From the NCBI GenBank assembly GCA_040766775.1, contig JAXGPT010000003.1, forward strand, positions 30,098-94,097: a DNA stretch of 64,000 nucleotides. Direction: 5' to 3'. This DNA comes from Bacillota bacterium. Lineage in GTDB: Bacteria; Bacillota; Clostridia; Ch29. Under the pieces are notes generated by a model. It was given only the letters and a program-made list of their open reading frames with translations, made no database searches and had not been told where the DNA came from. Every line of letters starts with the position of its first letter. Position 1 is the first letter of the stretch. Below, piece after piece: positions 22,808 to 33,522 of the stretch. The position numbers and the translations under genes were made by a program.

Positions 22808-23592
22808 GGATATAACAATCGGCCAGTATTTTCCGGGAAACTCGGTAATTCACAGGTTGGACCCGAGGATTAAGATAGTCCTTACCTTTGTACTTATAAT
22901 AAGCCTTTTTACCGCAGGAAGCATGCCGGGTACGGTATATGCCGCTTTTCCTGACGGGGCTTGGACTGTCGCGGGTTCCCGTAAAATATGTATTCAAGGG
23001 GCTGCGCCCGCTGATTATAATCCTGCTTTTAACCATATTCGTAAACATGTTCATGGTGGAGGGAGAAGTGTTTTACAGCCTGGGCCCCCTGGATATTACC
23101 CGTGAGGGCCTTGTCCAGGCGGCGCGCATGGCCACCAGGCTTGTGCTGCTGGTTATGGGGGCGTCTTTACTTACCCTTACCACGTCGCCGATTGCCCTGA
23201 CCGACGGCATAGAAAAGCTGCTGAGCCCTTTCAGGAGGGTGGGGGTGCCTGCCCATGAACTGGCTATGATGATGACCATCGCCCTTAGGTTTATCCCGAC
23301 GCTGCTGGACGAAACGGATAAAATAATGAAGGCACAGATGGCCAGGGGTGCGGACTTTGAAAGCGGGAACCTGGTGAACCGGGCCAAGAACCTGGTGCCG
23401 CTGTTGGTGCCGCTGTTTATAAGCGCCTTCAGGAGGGCCGACGAGCTGGCCCTGGCGATGGAATCGAGGTGCTACAGGGGAGGCAAGGGAAGGACCCGGT
23501 TAAAGGTGCTGCACATGGCAGGAAGGGATTATTTAGCCTTGCTTCTGGGGGCGGTGATACTGCTCGCCGCTGCAGCTAGCAGGGGTTGGTAG
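22800..23592 (+). pseudogene. ecfT: energy-coupling factor transporter transmembrane subunit EcfT, one frameshift near 22930
   Basis: [26 protein letters not shown] (22800-) and LFLTGLGLSRVPVKYVFKGLRPL...ARGADFESGN (22939-23592) lie in adjacent frames. Confidence 0.85.
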
Positions 23593-23602
23593 GTGGTCTT
23601 TT

Positions 23603-24349
23603 TTGAGAAATATTCTTCTGACCATAGAGTATGATGGTACCAATTACCACGGCTGGCAGAGGCAGAAAAATGCCGTATCCATCCAGCAGCTTATAGAAAA
23701 GGCGATAGAGAAGATAACCGGAAGCAAAGCAAATCTAATAGGTTCGGGAAGGACAGACAGCGGGGTACATGCACTGGCGCAGAGGGCCAATTTCAAGACC
23801 GAAGCCCGCATACCCGCCGAAAGGATACCCTTTGCATTGAACAGCTGCCTTCCGCCGGACATAAGAATTACCGGTGCGGTGGAAATGGCGCACGACTTTC
23901 ATGCAAGATACGACGCAATCGGGAAAAAATACAGGTACAGGATTTACAATAGCGAAATACCTTCGGCGGTACACAGGAATTATAGCTGTTTTATTCCGGA
24001 AAGACTGGATATTGAAAGGATGAAAGAAGCTTCAAAGTATATTTTGGGCAGCAGGGACTTTTCTTCCTTTTGCGGCAGCGGAAGCCTTGCAAAGTCCAGG
24101 GTTAGAAACGTGGAGCTGCTGGAAATTGAAAAGAAGGGGAAGTTTATTGATATAATAATCAGGGCGGATGGTTTTCTTTATAACATGGTAAGGATAATAG
24201 CCGGTACCCTTGTGGAGGTGGGGAAGGGGAGCATGCCCCCGCACCATGTAAGGGATATCCTGGACAAAAGGGACAGGAGGTTTGCCGGCCCGACACTGCC
24301 TCCCCAGGGCCTGTTTCTTGAGGAGGTGTACTACCGGGAGGATTCTTGA
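23603..24349 (+). CDS. truA: tRNA pseudouridine(38-40) synthase TruA
   Basis: 248 aa with TTG start: IEYDGTNYHGWQRQ, GSGRTDSGVHA. Confidence 0.95.
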   Translation: MRNILLTIEYDGTNYHGWQRQKNAVSIQQLIEKAIEKITGSKANLIGSGRTDSGVHALAQRANFKTEARIPAERIPFALNSCLPPDIRITGAVEMAHDFHARYDAIGKKYRYRIYNSEIPSAVHRNYSCFIPERLDIERMKEASKYILGSRDFSSFCGSGSLAKSRVRNVELLEIEKKGKFIDIIIRADGFLYNMVRIIAGTLVEVGKGSMPPHHVRDILDKRDRRFAGPTLPPQGLFLEEVYYREDS

Positions 24350-24463
24350 CACACCCGGCACCATGTAATATACTATTTATGTTTATGGATATTAGGCCCA
24401 CCAGCCCCGGGCCATATGTCATATATAAAACCCAGAAAGGTCGACTTAAGGAGGGATATTCGG

Positions 24464-24898
24464 ATGAAGACATATATGCCTAAACCGGGCAGCATAGAGA
24501 GAAAATGGTTTGTCGTGGATGCCAAGGGCAAAACCTTAGGGCGGCTTGCAAGCCAGGTTGCCGGCATACTCAAGGGCAAACACAAGCCCATATATTCTCC
24601 TCACATGGATACAGGCGATTTTGTAATAGTGGTCAACGCTTCCGAGGTGGAGCTTACCGGCAAAAAGAAACAGCAAAAGGTATACCGCCGTCATTCCGGC
24701 CATCCGGGCGGGTTGAAGGAAGTATCCTTTGAAAGAATGATCCGGGAAAAGCCGGGGAGGGTTGTTTATGAAGCCGTTTGGGGTATGCTGCCCCACAACA
24801 GGCTGGGCAGGAAGATGATTACCAAGCTTAAGGTATACGGAGGCCCCGAGCATAAGCATGCGGCCCAGAAACCAGAAAAGCTTGAGTTGGGCTACTAA
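24464..24898 (+). CDS. rplM: 50S ribosomal protein L13
   Basis: Internal ATG gives [30 protein letters not shown]. Confidence 0.95.
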   Translation: MKTYMPKPGSIERKWFVVDAKGKTLGRLASQVAGILKGKHKPIYSPHMDTGDFVIVVNASEVELTGKKKQQKVYRRHSGHPGGLKEVSFERMIREKPGRVVYEAVWGMLPHNRLGRKMITKLKVYGGPEHKHAAQKPEKLELGY

Positions 24899-24922
24899 TC
24901 GGTAAGGAAGGGAGGAAAGACA

Positions 24923-25312
24923 GTGGAAAAGGTTCAGTATTACGGCACCGGTAGAAGGAAAAAGTCCGTTGCCAGGGTAAGGCTTGTTCCCGGCGCGGGC
25001 AAAATAACTATAAACGGCAGGGATATTGAAGAATACTTCGGTCTTGAGACCCTGAAGGTGCTGGCACGTCAGCCCTTGGAGCTGACCGGCACCGCCGGGA
25101 AGTTTGACGTGGTAGCCTCGGTGCACGGCGGCGGGTTCACCGGACAGGCGGGGCCTTGAGGCATGGCATATCAAGGGCCCTTGAACAAGCGGACCCGAAT
25201 GCAGGCCGGTACTCAAAAAGCAGGCTTTATGACCAGGGACCCGAGGATGAAGGAAAGGAAGAAGTACGGTTTAAAGAAGGCCAGGAAGGCTTCCCAATTC
25301 TCTAAGCGTTAA
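24923..25312 (+). pseudogene. rpsI: 30S ribosomal protein S9, about three indels in the last 55 codons
   Basis: [21 protein letters not shown]...[10 protein letters not shown], then TGA at 25157. [15 protein letters not shown] and [32 protein letters not shown] follow in shifted frames. Confidence 0.88.
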
Positions 25313-25361
25313 GATTTTTGTTTACAGACAAGATGCTAGTGGAATATACACTTTGAGTATT

Positions 25362-25401
25362 ACAGACCGTCGGAGGACAGCGTTCCAGGCGGTCTGTTTT
25401 A
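25362..25401 (+). terminator. intrinsic terminator after rpsI
   Basis: ACAGACCG...CGGTCTGT stem followed by TTTT. The 20-nt loop contains GGAGGACAGCGTTCC, related to the GGGGACGGTTCT loop. Confidence 0.75.
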
Positions 25402-25797
25402 TAAAGGCATGAAACAGAGTGTTTTGTAATTGGAGGGATGGTAAAGCTTGTAACCACTTTACTATAAGTTCTTGTTGGACTATGACGTTGAGTATTATGG
25501 AATTATTCATGACTTGAAGGGTAAAGCTGCGGCGGTGGACCAAAGCAGCCTAAAAGGTGTAACAGAGAGAAGAGGTGATTGCAAGGTGGAATTTTTGGGG
25601 TATATGGCTCCTATTGCTTTTGTATTTGCTCTATCCGCCATTTCACAGGTGTCGACACTGAAGAAGGAGATAGAGCAGCTGAAAAGGATATAGAAAAACT
25701 AAAAAGCTAATCAGCCAAAGCCTGCTGCTGGGCATCAGCCAAAGGAAAGCCGACGAAGAAGCGGGGAAGATTAGCTTGAAGGTTAAAAACTATGGGC

Positions 25798-25812
25798 ACT
25801 GCATAATTTCCG
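25798..25812 (+). repeat. 15-bp direct repeat ACTGCATAATTTCCG (left flank of IS30 element)
   Basis: An identical 15-mer recurs at 27095-27109. Confidence 0.85.
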
Positions 25813-27094
<1,282 letters not shown>

Positions 27095-27109
27095 ACTGCA
27101 TAATTTCCG
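27095..27109 (+). repeat. 15-bp direct repeat ACTGCATAATTTCCG (right flank of IS30 element)
   Basis: Identical to 25798-25812. Confidence 0.85.
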
Positions 27110-27128
27110 ACAAAATCGTTACTTTTTC

Positions 27129-27157
27129 TGGACATTGCCGGCGGTCGGTGATATAAT
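27129..27157 (+). promoter_or_regulatory. sigma-A promoter TGGACA-17-TATAAT
   Basis: -35 at 27129-27134 and -10 at 27152-27157, with exactly 17-nt spacing, upstream of the pyr attenuator and permease. Confidence 0.7.
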
Positions 27158-27179
27158 TTAGAAAATGAATACAAGCCTT

Positions 27180-27286
27180 CCTTTAAGATGGTCCGGAGAG
27201 GCCGGCAAGGAAAAGAGTTGAGAGTGCTTCTAAAACTGGCACTTGTGTGCAAAGACGCTTCCTGTCGGTGACGGGAAGCTTTTTTA
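27180..27286 (+). promoter_or_regulatory. PyrR-binding attenuator (binding loop plus terminator)
   Basis: CUUUAAGAUGGUCCGGAGAGGCCGGCAAGG matches the PyrR loop consensus UUUAA..GUCCAGAGAGGCU..AAGG. The terminator GCTTCCTGTC-GGT-GACGGGAAGC plus TTTTTT lies at 27257-27286, immediately before a uracil permease gene. Confidence 0.8.
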
Positions 27287-27311
27287 GTATAAAATTTAAG
27301 GAGTGTGGATT

Positions 27312-28589
27312 ATGACTGGCAACGGCAAAAACAAAAAGGCGGACAACGGCATCATATCTGAAGGGGTTGCCCTTAGTACCGGTAAGAAAATGGTTTTGGG
27401 TTTGCAGCATACCTTCACAATGTTTGGAGCTACTGTTCTTGTTCCGATTATTACGGGGATGAACATATCAGTAGCTCTTTTCATGGCAGGAATAGGCACT
27501 CTGTTTTTCCATATGGTTACCAAAAGAAAAGCCCCGATTTTCCTGGGGTCCTCCTTTGCCTTTATACCGCCCATCCTGGCGGCGGCTGCGGCGGCTGCGG
27601 CAAGAAACGGGGTGGCCTATGAGGCCGGGGATGCGTACGCGGAGGGGCTGGCCTATGCCCAGGGCGGCATAGTAATAGCCGGGTTGGTATACCTGATTGT
27701 GGCGGGCCTTGTTTACCTGTTTGGATATGAAAGAGTATTGAGCTTTTTCCCGCCTGTCGTCACCGGCCCCATAATAATGACCATAGGGCTTCTGCTTGCA
27801 CCCACCGCCATAGACATGGCAAGCGGCAACTGGTTCTTAGCAATGGTTGCCCTTATTACGGTGGCGCTGGTTAGCATTTTTGGAAGAGGTTTTATGAAGG
27901 TGCTGCCGGTATTGATAGGCCTCTTTGTGGGATATATAGTATCTGCTATAACCGGTAACGTGGACTTTACCCCCTTTGCAGAAGCGGGATGGTTCGGCAT
28001 TCCACCTTTTCAGGTTGCCAGGTTTGATATGGATATAATAATGATGGTAGCCCCGGTGGCAGTGGTTACGGTGGTGGAACATATAGGGGACATATTGGCG
28101 GTAGGGGCCACGGTGGAGAAAGACCTTGTGATGGACCCGGGCCTCTCTAGGACCCTGGTAGGCGACGGGCTGGCCACCAGCATATCCGCCATGTTCGGCG
28201 GACCGGCCAACACCACCTACTCGGAAAACACCGGCGTGCTGGCACTCACCAAGGTATACGACCCGCTTGTTATGAGGATAGCGGCATGTTTTGCCATAGT
28301 CCTTTCGGTGGTACCTAAGCTGGGGGCCTTTATAAGCAGCATACCCACCCCGGTGGTGGGCGGCATTTCGATAGTTCTGTTTGGTATGATAGCGGCGATT
28401 GGAGTCAGGACGGTGGTGGAAAATGCCGTGGACTTTTCAAAATCAAGGAACCTGATAATAGCCGCAGTAATACTGGTGCTGGGTCTTGGGGGAGCCACCA
28501 TATCGATAGGATGGTTCAGCATATCCGGCATGGCCCTCGGAGCAATAGCCGGCATAATACTAAACAAGGTACTGCCGGACATAGAATAA
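27312..28589 (+). CDS. pyrP: uracil permease (NCS2 family)
   Basis: About 425 aa and 12-14 TM, with a uracil/xanthine permease-type sequence (GLQHTFTMFGATVLVP, NTTYSENTGVLALT). ATG at 27312 is 8 nt after AAGGAG. The PyrR attenuator lies upstream. Confidence 0.88.
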   Translation: MTGNGKNKKADNGIISEGVALSTGKKMVLGLQHTFTMFGATVLVPIITGMNISVALFMAGIGTLFFHMVTKRKAPIFLGSSFAFIPPILAAAAAAAARNGVAYEAGDAYAEGLAYAQGGIVIAGLVYLIVAGLVYLFGYERVLSFFPPVVTGPIIMTIGLLLAPTAIDMASGNWFLAMVALITVALVSIFGRGFMKVLPVLIGLFVGYIVSAITGNVDFTPFAEAGWFGIPPFQVARFDMDIIMMVAPVAVVTVVEHIGDILAVGATVEKDLVMDPGLSRTLVGDGLATSISAMFGGPANTTYSENTGVLALTKVYDPLVMRIAACFAIVLSVVPKLGAFISSIPTPVVGGISIVLFGMIAAIGVRTVVENAVDFSKSRNLIIAAVILVLGLGGATISIGWFSISGMALGAIAGIILNKVLPDIE

Positions 28590-28599
28590 TGGGACAAGT

Positions 28600-28632
28600 G
28601 GGACAAGGGACGGTTCTTTGTCCCTTTTTTTT
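28600..28632 (+). terminator. intrinsic terminator after pyrP; member of the conserved-loop hairpin family
   Basis: GGGACAA-GGGACGGTTCT-TTGTCCC followed by T8. Preceded by two more GGGACAAG direct repeats. Confidence 0.85.
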
Positions 28633-28804
28633 ATGTAAAACTCGTTGTAAGGGGATAGCAGCAACAAAAGGATTGATTATCAATCGGGGACAATCATTTG
28701 GGAGGTGGGATGTGTCCCCTTACCACTAATCAGGTTTTTTGTGATTATATTTTTTTTCACACATATATTTTTTATATACCCGGCGAAGTAGGGGGAATAT
28801 AAGT

Positions 28805-29509
28805 ATGCGAGTTATTGTTATCAGAAGAAAAAACTTTATCTTTTCGGCAGTTCTTCTGGCTGTGACAATATTTACATTTACCGGTATTAGTGGTATCTTA
28901 AATTCAAGCAGGGCGGTTTTTTTCCCCTTGACCAACAAGGCCGTATTCATCGACCCGGGACATGGGGGTAGGGACCCGGGCGCGGTGGGCAGGCAGGGCG
29001 CCAACGAGGACAAGATAAACCTCGAGATAGCTTTAAGGCTGAAGAGGCTGGTGGAAGAGAGTGGGGGGATTGCCATTCTCACAAGGGACGGGGACTACGG
29101 CCTGTACTCCCCCGATGCACCCAACAAAAAACGGGAAGACCTGCAGAGACGAAAAGCAATCGCGGATGAAAGCGAAAGCTGTGTCAATATAATAATACAC
29201 TTAAACAGTTTTCCACAGCCAAAATATTATGGAGCCCAGACCTTCTATCACAGGGGGTCGGAAGAAAGCAGAAGGCTTGCGGAAATAATACAGCAAGAAC
29301 TGCGAAGAGTTCTGGACAAAGACAACTACCGCCAGCCCAAGGCGGATGATGAAATATACCTTCTAAAGGACAATAAGGCGCCTACAGTGCTTGTGGAATG
29401 CGGTTTTATGTCCAACCCGAAGGAAGAACTGCTTCTCAATGACGAAAGATACCAGGAAAAAGTGGCCTTCGCCATATACTCGGGTATTTTAAGGTATTTA
29501 ACACAGTGA
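28805..29509 (+). CDS. cwlD: N-acetylmuramoyl-L-alanine amidase CwlD (germination-specific)
   Basis: 234 aa with an N-terminal TM. Amidase_3 motifs IDPGHGGRDPGA and ECGFMSNPKE. The position downstream of rpsI is typical for cwlD. Confidence 0.85.
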   Translation: MRVIVIRRKNFIFSAVLLAVTIFTFTGISGILNSSRAVFFPLTNKAVFIDPGHGGRDPGAVGRQGANEDKINLEIALRLKRLVEESGGIAILTRDGDYGLYSPDAPNKKREDLQRRKAIADESESCVNIIIHLNSFPQPKYYGAQTFYHRGSEESRRLAEIIQQELRRVLDKDNYRQPKADDEIYLLKDNKAPTVLVECGFMSNPKEELLLNDERYQEKVAFAIYSGILRYLTQ

Positions 29510-29588
29510 ATACACCGGCGCAGCCGCCAGGGTGCCAGGGAGACAGGACCTTTGGCGGCTGCAGCGGAAAATTAAAGGAGAGGATACC

Positions 29589-30974
29589 ATGGGAAGAATA
29601 GGTACATGCTACCTGGTGCCGCACCCGCCCATAATAGTGCCTGAAATCGGGCAGGGGGAGGAGAAAAAAGCGGAAAAAACCATAGAGGCGATGGAGGAAA
29701 TAGCAAGAGATATTGCAGAAAAGAAGCCGGAAGTTATAGTAGTCATTACCCCTCACGGCCCGTTGTTCAGGAATGCTGTGGCGGTTTCGGCCAGTCGAGA
29801 ATTCAAAGGTGACTTCGGGGGCTTCGGTCATCCCGGGGTAATCCTGTCGTTTACCGGAAATCACGATATGGCCTTTGACATTATGGAGGAAGCTGCCCGG
29901 GAGGACATTCCCGTCATTGCCGTGGACGATAATACCCGCTGGAAGTACGGCATATCCGATGGCCTGGACCATGGCGCTCTTGTGCCGCTGTACTATATAA
30001 ACAGGAGGTACCAGGGTTTTGGCCTGGTGCATATTACCTATGGGCTGCTTTCGCCTCAGCAGCTTTATTCCTTCGGAAAATGCATACGAAAGGCTGTGGA
30101 AAAACGAAAAAAACATGTCTCGATAGTATGTAGCGGCGACCTGTCCCACAGGCTCATAAGGGGTGCCCCGGCGGGGTACAGCAAAAGGGGAGCGGTATTC
30201 GACCAAAGCCTTGTGGAAAGTTTGCGCAAAATGGACGTTGACCGGATTTTGGACATGGACCCGCAGCTATTGGAGGAAGCGGGGGAATGCGGTTACCGGT
30301 CGGTGGTAATAATGCTGGGTGCGTTGGATGGGTACAGCGTAAAATCTCGTATCCTGTCCTACGAGGGTCCCTATGGAGTGGGCTACTGCGTTGCCTCCTT
30401 TGAGATCTTGCAGCCGGACCCGGATCGGGCAAGGAAAGGGAAGGACGTAGCTGTACACCCGGAGGGGGACAGCTACGTGAAGTTACTGCCGCCTTGCACT
30501 GAAACCTACGTGACAAAGGGTAAAATAATTGACCCACCCGAAGGACTGCCGGAGGAAATGCTGAGCAAAAAGGCCGGCGTTTTTGTGTCGCTGAAGCTGA
30601 ACGGCCGGCTGAGGGGCTGCATAGGCACAATATCTTCCACCACCGACAGCATAGCAAGGGAAATAATAAGCAACGCCATAAGCGCCGGGGTAAGGGACCC
30701 CAGGTTTTATCCCGTTGGCCCGGGGGAACTCGGCCGGTTGGAATACTCGGTGGACGTGCTGGGTCAGCCGGAGGCGATTGAATCCATTGAGGACCTGGAC
30801 GTTAAAAGGTATGGAGTAATTGTCCGGTCGGGGAGAAGGTCGGGGCTTTTGCTGCCGGATATAGAAGGAGTGGACACCCCCCGGCAGCAAGTAGCCATAG
30901 CGCTGCAAAAGGCGGGTATTAGCCCGGGAGAGCCCTATAAGCTTGAAAGATTCGAAGTAATAAGGCACCGATGA
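29589..30974 (+). CDS. amrA: AmmeMemoRadiSam system protein A (AMMECR1 domain) fused to an N-terminal LigB-like class III extradiol-dioxygenase-fold domain
   Basis: The C-terminal part GVFVSLKLNGRLRGCIGT...GLLLP is AMMECR1. The N-terminal part (YLVPHPPIIVPEIG...DHGALVPLYYI) is LigB-like. ATG follows AAAGGAGAGG. Confidence 0.8.
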   Translation: MGRIGTCYLVPHPPIIVPEIGQGEEKKAEKTIEAMEEIARDIAEKKPEVIVVITPHGPLFRNAVAVSASREFKGDFGGFGHPGVILSFTGNHDMAFDIMEEAAREDIPVIAVDDNTRWKYGISDGLDHGALVPLYYINRRYQGFGLVHITYGLLSPQQLYSFGKCIRKAVEKRKKHVSIVCSGDLSHRLIRGAPAGYSKRGAVFDQSLVESLRKMDVDRILDMDPQLLEEAGECGYRSVVIMLGALDGYSVKSRILSYEGPYGVGYCVASFEILQPDPDRARKGKDVAVHPEGDSYVKLLPPCTETYVTKGKIIDPPEGLPEEMLSKKAGVFVSLKLNGRLRGCIGTISSTTDSIAREIISNAISAGVRDPRFYPVGPGELGRLEYSVDVLGQPEAIESIEDLDVKRYGVIVRSGRRSGLLLPDIEGVDTPRQQVAIALQKAGISPGEPYKLERFEVIRHR

Positions 30975-30986
30975 GGATGTGGTGAT

Positions 30987-31964
30987 ATGAAACAAGCCAT
31001 GTATTATAATGCGGACGGGGACGCCGTAAGGTGTTTCTTGTGCCCCCATAATTGTTTGATTAAACCGGGCAGGACCGGGCTGTGCAGGGTAAGGAGGAAT
31101 GAAGGCGGCGTTCTTTATTCGATGAACTATGGCCGGATAACCGCCTTCCATATCGATCCCATAGAGAAAAAACCTCTGTATCATTTTTATCCCGGAAGCC
31201 GGATACTGTCGGTGGGGAGCTTTGGATGTAACTTAAAGTGCAGCTTCTGCCAGAACTTTTCCATTGCCCAAGGCACTCCGGATTGGGTGGAGATGTCCCC
31301 CCGGGACCTGGCCGACCGGGCCAAGTCTTTTGGGGACAACCTAGGCATAGCCTATACCTATAACGAGCCCTCCATCTGGTACGAATACGTTTTGGATACC
31401 GCCCGTTTTGTAAAGGAAGGGGGCCTTAAGAACGTACTGGTGACAAACGGTTATATAGGGGCCGAAGCCCTCCGGGAACTGCTTCCGCTGATAGATGCCG
31501 CCAACATAGACGTAAAGGCTTTCAGCGACGGGTTTTACAGCAGCGTTTGCTCCGGAAGGCTGTCCCCTGTCCTTGAGACCGTTGAGGCCATGGCTGGGCA
31601 ATGCCATGTGGAGGTTACAACCCTCGTGGTGGAAGGGCTGAACAGCGAGCCCGGCGAAATAGATGCCTTGGCTAGATGGCTGGCCGGCATTGACAGGAAA
31701 ATCCCGCTGCACCTTTCCAGGTACTACCCGGCGTATCATATGAAAAGGTCCGCCACCCCGCTGAGAGTGCTGGAGGCGGCTGGAGAAGTCGCAAAAAAAC
31801 ACCTAGACCATGTATACATAGGGAATGTGCCCGGCATCGACAACAGCACCTACTGTCCCGGCTGCGGGCAAAAGCTGGTTGAAAGGAGTATATATCGCGC
31901 CAGGGTGTTGTTTGAAGGAGAAAAATGCAACCAATGCGGCATGAAAGCCGATATAACCCTATAA
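30987..31964 (+). CDS. amrS: AmmeMemoRadiSam system radical SAM enzyme
   Basis: 325 aa with the CNLKCSFCQN radical-SAM cluster motif and additional N- and C-terminal Cys pairs. Adjacent to amrA. Confidence 0.85.
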   Translation: MKQAMYYNADGDAVRCFLCPHNCLIKPGRTGLCRVRRNEGGVLYSMNYGRITAFHIDPIEKKPLYHFYPGSRILSVGSFGCNLKCSFCQNFSIAQGTPDWVEMSPRDLADRAKSFGDNLGIAYTYNEPSIWYEYVLDTARFVKEGGLKNVLVTNGYIGAEALRELLPLIDAANIDVKAFSDGFYSSVCSGRLSPVLETVEAMAGQCHVEVTTLVVEGLNSEPGEIDALARWLAGIDRKIPLHLSRYYPAYHMKRSATPLRVLEAAGEVAKKHLDHVYIGNVPGIDNSTYCPGCGQKLVERSIYRARVLFEGEKCNQCGMKADITL

Positions 31965-32062
31965 ATAAACCCTTCAGAATATGATGGCTTCTTTGAGAGA
32001 TATTGTATTAAATCGCCCCCCTGACCCATATAATTATATAGAGTAAGGGGGGCTTTTATCCT

Positions 32063-32797
32063 ATGGCAAGAAAGGTTCTGGGCTTTGTCCTGCTCCTTGT
32101 TTTGTTGGGCGCCACCATTTACTATTATGACATCAGCTTCAAAAACAGGGACCGGTTAAAAGAATTGGAAGACTACCAGGTTTGGGAAAAGCGGTACATG
32201 TTGGATAATCCTGAGTATGAAAACCTGCAGATATTCATAGACATTGATGAAAAAACGCTATACCTTCTTGACGGCAATAATCTCATCAAAAAGTACCCGG
32301 TGGCCACCGGAAAGCCTTCTACCCCAACCCCGATAGGCCGCTGGAAGGTGATAAACAAGGCAAGGTGGGGAGGAGGCTTCGGCAGCCGCTGGATAGGCAT
32401 CGACGTGCCCTGGGGCACCTACGGGATACACGGTACCAACAAACCCTCCACCATTGGGTACAATGCTTCCCACGGCTGTGTAAGGATGTACAACAGGGAC
32501 GTGGAGGACCTGTACACCTACGTGAAATACGGCACCCCGGTGTACATATACGGGGGGCTCTATGGTCCCTTCGGGAACGGCGCCCGGAACCTTAAGCCCG
32601 GCGATAAGGGTATTGACGTGGTGGAGGTGCAAAGAAGGCTAAAGCTTTTAGGCTATTATAAAGGCTCCATAGACGGGGTGTACGGCCCAGTCATGGAAAA
32701 CGCCCTGTACAGTTTTCAAAGGGACAACGGGCTTCCCAAAAGCAGGGTGATTTATTACGAAACCTACAGGGCGATGGGTATTATAATGATGGAATAA
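32063..32797 (+). CDS. L,D-transpeptidase (YkuD) with C-terminal peptidoglycan-binding domain
   Basis: HGTNKPSTIGYNASHGCVRMYN catalytic motif and PG_binding_1-like VQRRLKLLGYYKGSIDGVYG. N-terminal TM. Confidence 0.88.
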   Translation: MARKVLGFVLLLVLLGATIYYYDISFKNRDRLKELEDYQVWEKRYMLDNPEYENLQIFIDIDEKTLYLLDGNNLIKKYPVATGKPSTPTPIGRWKVINKARWGGGFGSRWIGIDVPWGTYGIHGTNKPSTIGYNASHGCVRMYNRDVEDLYTYVKYGTPVYIYGGLYGPFGNGARNLKPGDKGIDVVEVQRRLKLLGYYKGSIDGVYGPVMENALYSFQRDNGLPKSRVIYYETYRAMGIIMME

Positions 32798-32804
32798 AAG
32801 GTAC

Positions 32805-32854
32805 GGGGACACACCTTTAATTGTGATATTTCTTTATGATTAAGGAGTGTCCCC
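32805..32854. terminator. bidirectional hairpin between convergent genes
   Basis: GGGGACAC(acctttaat)...(attaaggA)GTGTCCCC long imperfect stem, lying between the ldt stop (32797) and the GerMN stop (32889). Confidence 0.6.
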
Positions 32855-32888
32855 GGGGGAGTTCCCCTATAGCCAAGGAATGTTTCCC

Positions 32889-33437
32889 TTAGAATTCATA
32901 CGAGCCCATCGGGTCCATGGTGTATATGTGACCCATAAGGGTCTCGGTTTTTTTACCGTCCACCAGGAACTGTACAGCGTCGATGTTTTCCAGTTGGGTG
33001 AGGGTCATAATGACCGAGCTTATAAGGAAGGTTTCTTCCATGGACCCGCCGTTCATGCCGTCACTCGAAAAGTTTACATAGGCTATTTGCTCGGCCACTT
33101 CAACGTCTATAAGCTTTATCCTGGGCGGTATAACCACTCCCATGCCTTCGCCCTCGGGACCTTCCATTAGTTCCTCCACCGCGGCCTGTGCCAATGGTTT
33201 GTTGGCAAGGGTTATTGTTCTCTTTTCCGGGAGCAATTTTTCAAGGCTTTCATTGCCGGTCATCACATACTCGTTGTTGGCAAAATACAGCGTCAGTTCC
33301 ACCGTTTCTCCCTCCGGCTGCGGCGGGACAACGGTGTCTCCCGGTTGGAGGCCATCCTTGTCGCCCGAAAGTATGCCGCATGCTGCGGCAAGAAGTACAG
33401 TAATCGCTACCAAAACAAGCGCCGTGAGTTTTTTCAT
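32889..33437 (-). CDS. GerMN domain-containing lipoprotein
   Basis: 182 aa with lipobox LLAAAC and a GerM-type motif (LTQLENIDAVQFLVDGKK). Confidence 0.8.
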   Translation of the reverse strand: MKKLTALVLVAITVLLAAACGILSGDKDGLQPGDTVVPPQPEGETVELTLYFANNEYVMTGNESLEKLLPEKRTITLANKPLAQAAVEELMEGPEGEGMGVVIPPRIKLIDVEVAEQIAYVNFSSDGMNGGSMEETFLISSVIMTLTQLENIDAVQFLVDGKKTETLMGHIYTMDPMGSYEF

Positions 33438-33522
33438 TCTTCATACCTCCCGTTGTTGAGTGTGTTTCTTAAGTCTATAATAGCGCCCGGTTGTAAAGAT
33501 ATTGTTAAGCCTTTTTAAAAAA

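Noticed and set aside
9109-25312. Programmed ribosomal frameshifting or recoding as an explanation for the broken ribosomal, infA, rpoA and rpsI genes.
   Set aside because: No slippery heptamers or stimulatory structures are present at the shift sites. Shifts occur in both directions and up to ten times per gene. The same damage is seen in IS elements and metabolic genes. The pattern fits homopolymer indel error.
25586-25693. 35-codon GTG-initiated ORF (EFLGYMAPIAFVFALSAISQVSTLKKEIEQLKRI) encoding a single-TM peptide, part of tracked ORF 25472-25693.
   Set aside because: It has a plausible RBS (AGAGGTGA) and a hydrophobic helix, but no recognisable family. It lies next to an IS30 insertion scar, so the evidence is too weak to call a gene.
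28591-28624. GGGACA(A) short direct repeats (also at 21017-21046) considered as a mini CRISPR-like or tandem-repeat array.
   Set aside because: There are only 2-4 units of 6-9 nt with no spacers. They are alternative 5' arms of a single hairpin. No cas genes or regular repeat-spacer periodicity occur anywhere in the window.
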